Assembly: GCA_964603255.1 (NCBI GenBank) | Contig: CAZRVA010000001.1 | Coordinates: 1,177-65,176 of the forward strand | Source of the DNA: an uncultured Chitinophaga sp. | Lineage (GTDB): Bacteria > Bacteroidota > Bacteroidia > UKL13-3 | Length of the DNA: 64,000 nt | Direction: 5' to 3' | Part shown: piece by piece, positions 58,150-64,000 of the stretch | How positions within the stretch are numbered: the first letter of the stretch is position 1 | How the letters are laid out: every line of letters begins with the position of its first letter | Notes under the pieces: generated by a model | The model's input: the letters and a program-made list of their open reading frames with translations, nothing else | Told to the model about the DNA's origin: nothing | Databases searched by the model: none | Position numbers and translations under genes: made by a program

Positions 58150-60975
58150 ATGCAGCAACGCAAAAAATTATTTTTATTAGATGGCATGGCCTTGGTTTAC
58201 CGTGCTTATTTTGCTTTTAGCAAAAACCCAAGAATTACCTCTTACGGATTTAATACCTCGGCTATTTTTGGTTATGTAAATACCTTGTTAGATGTGCTAA
58301 AAAAAGAAAAGCCAACCCATATTGGGGTAAGTTTTGATACCGCAGCACCTACAGCCCGTCATGATGAATACGAGCACTACAAAGCCCATCGTGATGAACA
58401 ACCTGAGGATATTACCAAAGCACTTCCATACATTCTAAAAATAACGGAAGCTATGCGTATTCCACTACTAATAAGAGATGGTTTTGAAGCGGATGATATA
58501 ATTGGAACACTGGCTAAAAAGGCTGAACAGCAAGGGTTTGATGTATATATGATGACTCCCGACAAGGATTTTGGGCAGTTGGTAAGCGAGCATATTTTTA
58601 TTTACAAACCTGCACGAATGGGTAACGATTTTGAAATTTTGGGCGTACCAGAAGTATTGAAGCGTTGGGAGATTACCGATATTAAACAGGTAATTGATAT
58701 TTTAGGAATGTGGGGTGATGCGGTAGATAATATTCCGGGTATTCCGGGTATTGGCGAAAAAACGGCCAAACTCCTGGTTCAAAAATATGGCAGCATGGAA
58801 GGTTTGTACGAACATGTGGATGAACTAAAAGGCAAACAAAAAGAGAATGTAATTAACTTTAAAGAACAAGCCTTTTTAAGCAAACGATTAGCCACTATTG
58901 ACATCAATGTGCCTATTGATTTAGTAGAGGAAGAGTTAATTTTAGAAGAACCTAACAAAGAAGAAGTAGAAAAATTATTTACTGAATTAGAATTTAAAAC
59001 TTTGGCTAAACGTGTTTTGGGCACTGAAATAGAAATGCCCGCAACGTCAGTAAAATCAACGCCTAAAGCTTCTTCAGGTTTTGATTTGTTTAACCAAGGT
59101 GCATCAACCACTACAACAAAAACAGAAGTTATTACCGAAGAAGAAGTAACTGTATCAAATCTTAATAATATTAGCAATACACCACACGAGTACATTTTAT
59201 TAGAAACCGATGAGCAACTAAATAATGTTTTAAACGAATTGTTGCAACAACCTGAGGTTTGTTTTGATACAGAAACGTCAAGCTTGGATAAAATTGATAA
59301 TGATATTGTAGGTTTTAGTTTCAGCTACAAAGCCCACCATGGTTATTATGTGGCTTGCCCCGATCATTTTGATGAAGCCAAACGTTTACTCGAAATTTTT
59401 AAACCGGTTTTTGAAAGTGAAACCATCACCAAAATATTGCAAAATGTAAAGTTTGATTTGAGCATTTTACAGCGTTATGGTTTAACCTTGAAAGGACCGA
59501 TTTTTGATACCATGTTGGCGCATTATTTAATTGAACCTGATTTGCGTCATGGTATGGATTTTTTATCGGGTGTATACCTAAATTATGAACCAATTAATAT
59601 TGAAACATTAATCGGTAAAAAAGGCAAAAATCAACTAAGCATGCGTGATGTTGAGGTTGAAAAAATAAAAGAGTATGCCGTTGAGGATACCGATATTACT
59701 TACCAGCTTAAGCATAAATTAGCACCACAACTTAAAGCCTGTGAAGCTGAAAAATTATTGTTTGAATTAGAACAACCTTTAGTTCCGGTTTTGGCCGATA
59801 TGGAGCAAGAAGGGGTTAAAATTAACAAACAGTTTTTAAATGATTATTCTGTTGAATTAGCTGCAGAAATTACACAATTAGAAAAGCGAATTATTGAACT
59901 GGCAGGTGTTGATTTTAACATTGCATCTCCTAAACAATTAGGTGAAGTATTGTTTGATCATTTAAAATTAGACCCTAAGGCAAAGAAAACAAAAACGGGT
60001 CAGTATCAAACCGGTGAAGATGTTTTGCAAACCTTAAACGAACATGAGATTGTTCGTTGTATTTTAGAGGTTCGTCAGTTGCAAAAATTAAAATCAACTT
60101 ATGTTGATGCATTGCCTGAATTGATTAATGAAACTACAGGACGCTTACATACTTCATTTAACCAAGCGGTAGCAGCAACAGGTAGGTTAAGCTCAAACAA
60201 CCCTAACTTACAAAACATTCCTATCAGAACAGATAAGGGGCGTGAAGTGCGCAAGGCCTTTATTGCACGCAATGAAGAATACGTTTTATTGAGTGCAGAT
60301 TACTCGCAAATTGAGTTGCGTATTATCGCATCAATGGCCAATGAAGAAGCCATGATTGATGCATTTAGACAAGGAATAGATATTCATACTGCAACGGCAG
60401 CACGTGTTTATGGTATAGATGTAAAAGAGGTTACTCCTGAGCAACGCAGAAATGCCAAAGCAGTAAACTTCGGAATTATTTACGGACAATCAGCTTTTGG
60501 TTTATCACAAAGTTTGGGCATACCACGTAAAGAAGCTGCAACTATTATTGATGAATATTGGAAGCAATATCCAAACATCAAAAACTATATGAACATTACC
60601 ATAAATGCCGCGAAAGAACATGGTTATGTGCAAACGTTAATGGGGCGCAGAAGATACCTACGTGATATTAACTCGGCTAATTTTACTGTGCGTGGCTTTG
60701 CCGAACGAAATGCCATTAACGCGCCTATACAAGGTAGTGCAGCAGATATGATTAAGTTGGCCATGATTAACATCCACAACCGCATGCAAAGAGAAAGCAA
60801 CTTAAAATCAAAAATGATTTTACAGGTTCATGATGAGTTATTGTTTGATGTATATAAACCTGAAGTTGAATACATGAAACAATTGGTGAAAGAAGAAATG
60901 GAAAAAGCCATGCCATTGCAGGTGCCTGTAATAGTAGAAACCGGCATTGGTGATAATTGGCTAGAGGCTCATTAA
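58150..60975 (+). CDS. polA: DNA polymerase I
   Basis: 5'-3' exonuclease N-terminus (KLFLLDGMALVYRAYFA), a 3'-5' exo region, and polymerase motifs RRxAKAVNFGIIYG and VHDELLFD. The start was trimmed to the ATG at 58150. Confidence 0.92.
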   Translation: MQQRKKLFLLDGMALVYRAYFAFSKNPRITSYGFNTSAIFGYVNTLLDVLKKEKPTHIGVSFDTAAPTARHDEYEHYKAHRDEQPEDITKALPYILKITEAMRIPLLIRDGFEADDIIGTLAKKAEQQGFDVYMMTPDKDFGQLVSEHIFIYKPARMGNDFEILGVPEVLKRWEITDIKQVIDILGMWGDAVDNIPGIPGIGEKTAKLLVQKYGSMEGLYEHVDELKGKQKENVINFKEQAFLSKRLATIDINVPIDLVEEELILEEPNKEEVEKLFTELEFKTLAKRVLGTEIEMPATSVKSTPKASSGFDLFNQGASTTTTKTEVITEEEVTVSNLNNISNTPHEYILLETDEQLNNVLNELLQQPEVCFDTETSSLDKIDNDIVGFSFSYKAHHGYYVACPDHFDEAKRLLEIFKPVFESETITKILQNVKFDLSILQRYGLTLKGPIFDTMLAHYLIEPDLRHGMDFLSGVYLNYEPINIETLIGKKGKNQLSMRDVEVEKIKEYAVEDTDITYQLKHKLAPQLKACEAEKLLFELEQPLVPVLADMEQEGVKINKQFLNDYSVELAAEITQLEKRIIELAGVDFNIASPKQLGEVLFDHLKLDPKAKKTKTGQYQTGEDVLQTLNEHEIVRCILEVRQLQKLKSTYVDALPELINETTGRLHTSFNQAVAATGRLSSNNPNLQNIPIRTDKGREVRKAFIARNEEYVLLSADYSQIELRIIASMANEEAMIDAFRQGIDIHTATAARVYGIDVKEVTPEQRRNAKAVNFGIIYGQSAFGLSQSLGIPRKEAATIIDEYWKQYPNIKNYMNITINAAKEHGYVQTLMGRRRYLRDINSANFTVRGFAERNAINAPIQGSAADMIKLAMINIHNRMQRESNLKSKMILQVHDELLFDVYKPEVEYMKQLVKEEMEKAMPLQVPVIVETGIGDNWLEAH

Positions 60976-61013
60976 TTAATTAATAGTATAACGTTAGCTT
61001 AAGTATTTAAAAC

Positions 61014-62099
61014 ATGAATTGGCTTATTCCTGATATTACTTTTTTAGATAATAGACTATATGACATTCTACTGTTTTCAGTAATACTTTTATTGGGTTTG
61101 TTGCTGAAAAGATTTGGTGCGAAATTCTTAAGTAAGCAATCGTTTCGTATTTTTAAATCGTTTTCGAGCAACCAATTTAGCGAGGTATTTATTGAGTTAT
61201 TACGCAAGCCTGTTGAACAACTCATAACTGTTTTGGTTATTTATTTTGCATTCGAGCGATTAAATTTTCCTCAGGATTGGAACTTAGCTCCGGTAGACAA
61301 AATTGGTGTACGTATGCTTTTGTTGGTGATTTGGCAAATTGCATTTTTTGTTGCTTTTTGTCGAATACTACTCAAAGCAACTGATTTCTTTACCCATGTT
61401 TTAATCAATCGCGAGAGTTTTCCAATATCGCCCGAGTTGGGGAATTTTTTAAAAGAACTCATTAAAGTAATCATTGTAATACTATGTGTATTTGCAGCAC
61501 TTAGGGTAATATTTCATGTTAACATTACTGCACTAGTAACCTCATTGGGTATTGGTGGTTTAGCGGTAGCACTTGCCGCACAAGATACATTAGCCAATTT
61601 GTTGGGCTCATTTATCATATACTTAGATAAACCATTTAAAGCTGGAGATTTAATAGAAGCCGGTGAAATTAAAGGAAGAGTTGAGCATGTAGGTTTCAGA
61701 ACCACGCGCATCAGAACATTAGAAAAAAGCTTACTAACTGTGCCCAACAAAAAATTAATTGATGTGGCATTAAACAACATTACGTTGAGTGATTCGCGCA
61801 GGGTTAAGTTTGAATTAGGCCTAACCTACTCTAGTAAATCGGCACAAATACTAAGTATTATTGACGACATTAAAGAGGTGTTGCACAAACACCCCAAAAT
61901 TGCTGAGGATATGTCGGTTCATTTCACCGATTTTAGTGCAAGTTCACTTAATATAATGGTATTATATTTTGTGATGAGCAACGATTACGAATTAATGGTG
62001 GAAGTGAAGGAAGAAGTGAACATTCAAATCATGGCCATAATTGAAAAACAGGGATGTGAATTTGCTTTTCCAACACAAACAGTCATCATTAACAAATAA
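61014..62099 (+). CDS. Mechanosensitive ion channel (MscS family)
   Basis: Three N-terminal TM helices followed by the MscS beta-domain (AGDLIEAGEIKGRVEHVGFRTTRIRT). Confidence 0.8.
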   Translation: MNWLIPDITFLDNRLYDILLFSVILLLGLLLKRFGAKFLSKQSFRIFKSFSSNQFSEVFIELLRKPVEQLITVLVIYFAFERLNFPQDWNLAPVDKIGVRMLLLVIWQIAFFVAFCRILLKATDFFTHVLINRESFPISPELGNFLKELIKVIIVILCVFAALRVIFHVNITALVTSLGIGGLAVALAAQDTLANLLGSFIIYLDKPFKAGDLIEAGEIKGRVEHVGFRTTRIRTLEKSLLTVPNKKLIDVALNNITLSDSRRVKFELGLTYSSKSAQILSIIDDIKEVLHKHPKIAEDMSVHFTDFSASSLNIMVLYFVMSNDYELMVEVKEEVNIQIMAIIEKQGCEFAFPTQTVIINK

Positions 62100-62395
62100 G
62101 TTCAAGTTATCAAAAGATAATTTAAGCTGTCGCTAAATGACACTTTACGTATGTTTACATCATTTTTTTGAAGATAAAATGCCACTAAATCGTCATTTAC
62201 TCTTATTGCAATATCTTTTCTTAAAAAGTCTAAATTTAATTTGTGATTAATAAAAAAAGTATCATCTTTGTATCGCGTTAGACAACAAAACAACTAAACA
62301 GTTCTTTCAATTATGTTTTCTAACCGACTGCGGGCGTTAAGCGCAGTCCACTAAAATTGCCCTCGTGGGGTTTAATGGTTATACAGGCTAATTCA

Positions 62396-62413
62396 GGGGC
62401 TCTTCGGAGCCCC
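62396..62413 (+). other. Stable UUCG-tetraloop hairpin (ggggctc-ttcg-gagcccc) in a 420-nt intergenic region
   Basis: Perfect 7-bp GC-rich stem with a UUCG loop. A T-run begins 11 nt downstream (62425-62429). Confidence 0.5.
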
Positions 62414-62519
62414 GAGATTAGCTGTTTTTGTTTAAAGACTTTCCAATTTTCATTTTATTTCTTGGTAATGTCAACCTTCATGCTGAAATTTGGTGTCTAT
62501 ACGTTATTAACGTAACAGC

Positions 62520-64000
62520 GTGAAGAAACTCATTAAACTCAATCATATACTTTTGTTGGTGCTACTTTTAGCGCAAGTTCCCACCGAACTATTCGCACAA
62601 GGTATGTATACCCAGTTCGGTCAAAACCGTGTGCAATACACCAAGTTCATCTGGAGTTTTGTTAGATCAGAAAATTTTGATGCATACTTTTATTCTGGAG
62701 GTAGAGAGTTAGCAACCTTTGCTGCACGCACAGCAGAGGAACAACTCAACAACTTAGAAAAAATAATTGACCACCGCTTAAGCAGCAGGGTTGAAATTGT
62801 TTGTTACAATACACAACAAGAATATAAACAAGCAAACTTTGGCTTATCAGATCAACCGGCAAACCTGGGTGGTGTAACCCAAGTAAGCAATAACCGTTTT
62901 TTTGTATACTTTAATGGTAACCGTGGCGATTTTGAAAAACGTATAAAAGAAGGCCTTGCATTGGTGTTGATTAATGAACTATTATTTGGTGGCAATATTC
63001 AAGATCGCATACAAAATGCAGCCATGCTTAATCTACCCGAATGGTATTTTAATGGCTTAACTTCATACATTGGCGAAGAGTGGAATACTGCAAACGATAA
63101 CAAATTAAAAGATTTAGTAAACAGCGGAAAGCTTAAAAAATTTAACCGTTTAGTTTACAAAGACCCCAAATTAGCAGGACACTCTTGGTGGCGCTTTTTG
63201 GTTGAAAAATATGGCGTTGAGGTAATATCCAACATGCTCTACATTTCAAAACTTAGCCGTAATTACGAAACAGCTTTAATATATGTTACCGGTGTTGATT
63301 TAAAACAAGCTGGTAAAGATTGGCTTGAGTTTTACAAAGAACAATATGCAAAAGAAGACAATCTGCGAACGCTTCCTTTACAAGAAATTAAAGTAAGAAA
63401 ACGTTTAACACCCTTTATTGAACCCAAACTAAAAGTTGCACCTAAAGGCGATTTTATTTCGTTTACCACCAACAAAGGTGGGAAGTACAAGGTGTGGACC
63501 GTGAACTTAAAAACAGGAAAACACAAACGTTTACACAAAGGTGGTATCAAATATTACCAACGCGAGTTAGACCATTCTTTCCCAATGATAGCTTGGCATC
63601 CGGGTGGAGAAAAAATTTCGTATGTACATGAACGAAGAGGTAAAATTTACATTACCACAGTTGATTTACTCACCAAGAAAAAAAGTAAGATACTATTTTT
63701 AAAGTTTGATAAAATTACCGGATTCGCATATTCAGAAAACGGCAACACACTCATCATCTCAGCCATCAGAAAAGGTCAAAGTGATTTGTATTTGTATGAT
63801 ATGCAAACACGCAGAGAACGACAAATTACAAACGATCCGTTTGATGATTTAATGCCCGTATATGCTGATGGTGGTTCAAAAATATTGTTCGCATCAAATC
63901 GCAACAGCGACTCACTTGGCGCTGCCGCACCTATGACTTTATCGCCAAACAACAACCTTGATATTTATCTGTACGATTTAGAACGTGTTGGACAGGTAAA
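62520..64000 (+). CDS. Secreted TolB-like/PD40 beta-propeller domain protein (N-terminal part; continues beyond window end)
   Basis: Open frame from the GTG at 62520 (signal peptide KKLIKLNHILLLVLLLAQVPTELFA|QG) to the window end with no stop. It contains repeated D.....SPDG/YxxD-like propeller motifs. It is absent from the ORF track because it is unterminated. Confidence 0.6.
   Translation, partial: MKKLIKLNHILLLVLLLAQVPTELFAQGMYTQFGQNRVQYTKFIWSFVRSENFDAYFYSGGRELATFAARTAEEQLNNLEKIIDHRLSSRVEIVCYNTQQEYKQANFGLSDQPANLGGVTQVSNNRFFVYFNGNRGDFEKRIKEGLALVLINELLFGGNIQDRIQNAAMLNLPEWYFNGLTSYIGEEWNTANDNKLKDLVNSGKLKKFNRLVYKDPKLAGHSWWRFLVEKYGVEVISNMLYISKLSRNYETALIYVTGVDLKQAGKDWLEFYKEQYAKEDNLRTLPLQEIKVRKRLTPFIEPKLKVAPKGDFISFTTNKGGKYKVWTVNLKTGKHKRLHKGGIKYYQRELDHSFPMIAWHPGGEKISYVHERRGKIYITTVDLLTKKKSKILFLKFDKITGFAYSENGNTLIISAIRKGQSDLYLYDMQTRRERQITNDPFDDLMPVYADGGSKILFASNRNSDSLGAAAPMTLSPNNNLDIYLYDLERVGQV

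Overview
This 64-kb window looks like a chromosomal segment of a Bacteroidota-type genome (roughly 40% GC, T9SS C-terminal sorting domains, Bacteroidetes-style gene content). I found no rRNA or tRNA genes, no CRISPR arrays and no recognisable transposases.

Gene content, in order:
- Two very large paralogous secreted cell-surface proteins, 2427 aa and 2205 aa, both on the minus strand. Each has a type-A T9SS C-terminal domain, they share their N- and C-terminal modules, and each ends at a near-identical hairpin terminator.
- A block of housekeeping genes: ldcA-like, manC-like, recQ, kup, an acyl-CoA ligase, def, ruvX, thiL, a thiolase, truA, an MsbA-like ABC exporter, sucD, class II RNR nrdJ, cysS, a lipoprotein M28/glutaminyl-cyclase-like enzyme, a second T9SS cargo protein, a pterin dehydratase, metB/C-like, hom, an rfbA/rfbB/galE sugar-nucleotide cluster, purM, polA and mscS.

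Most noteworthy observations from reading the sequence directly:
1. Two tandem, paralogous micro-ORFs (29 and 22 codons) upstream of the metB/C-thioesterase-hom operon are extraordinarily rich in Met, His and Cys codons and carry hairpins overlapping their stop codons. They look like a Met (and Cys) responsive leader-peptide attenuator rather than the riboswitch usually expected for met genes.
2. Each giant T9SS gene is preceded by a conserved 34-45 codon ORF whose C-terminus is nearly identical in both copies (PS[VL]YRG[VI][RK]xAxNTTxWNE-stop), with synonymous differences. This is a candidate regulatory upstream peptide or small partner protein.
3. A two-gene cassette between sucD and nrdJ encodes an atypical kinase with PI3K/PI4K-like (DRHxxN ... 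IDH..FG) motifs.

Lesser observations are a SET-domain protein, a GGGPS homolog, a long structured nrdJ leader and a short motif shared between two intergenic regions.

I had no search tools. Every functional call rests on motif recognition from the translated ORFs, and start codons were trimmed by eye.
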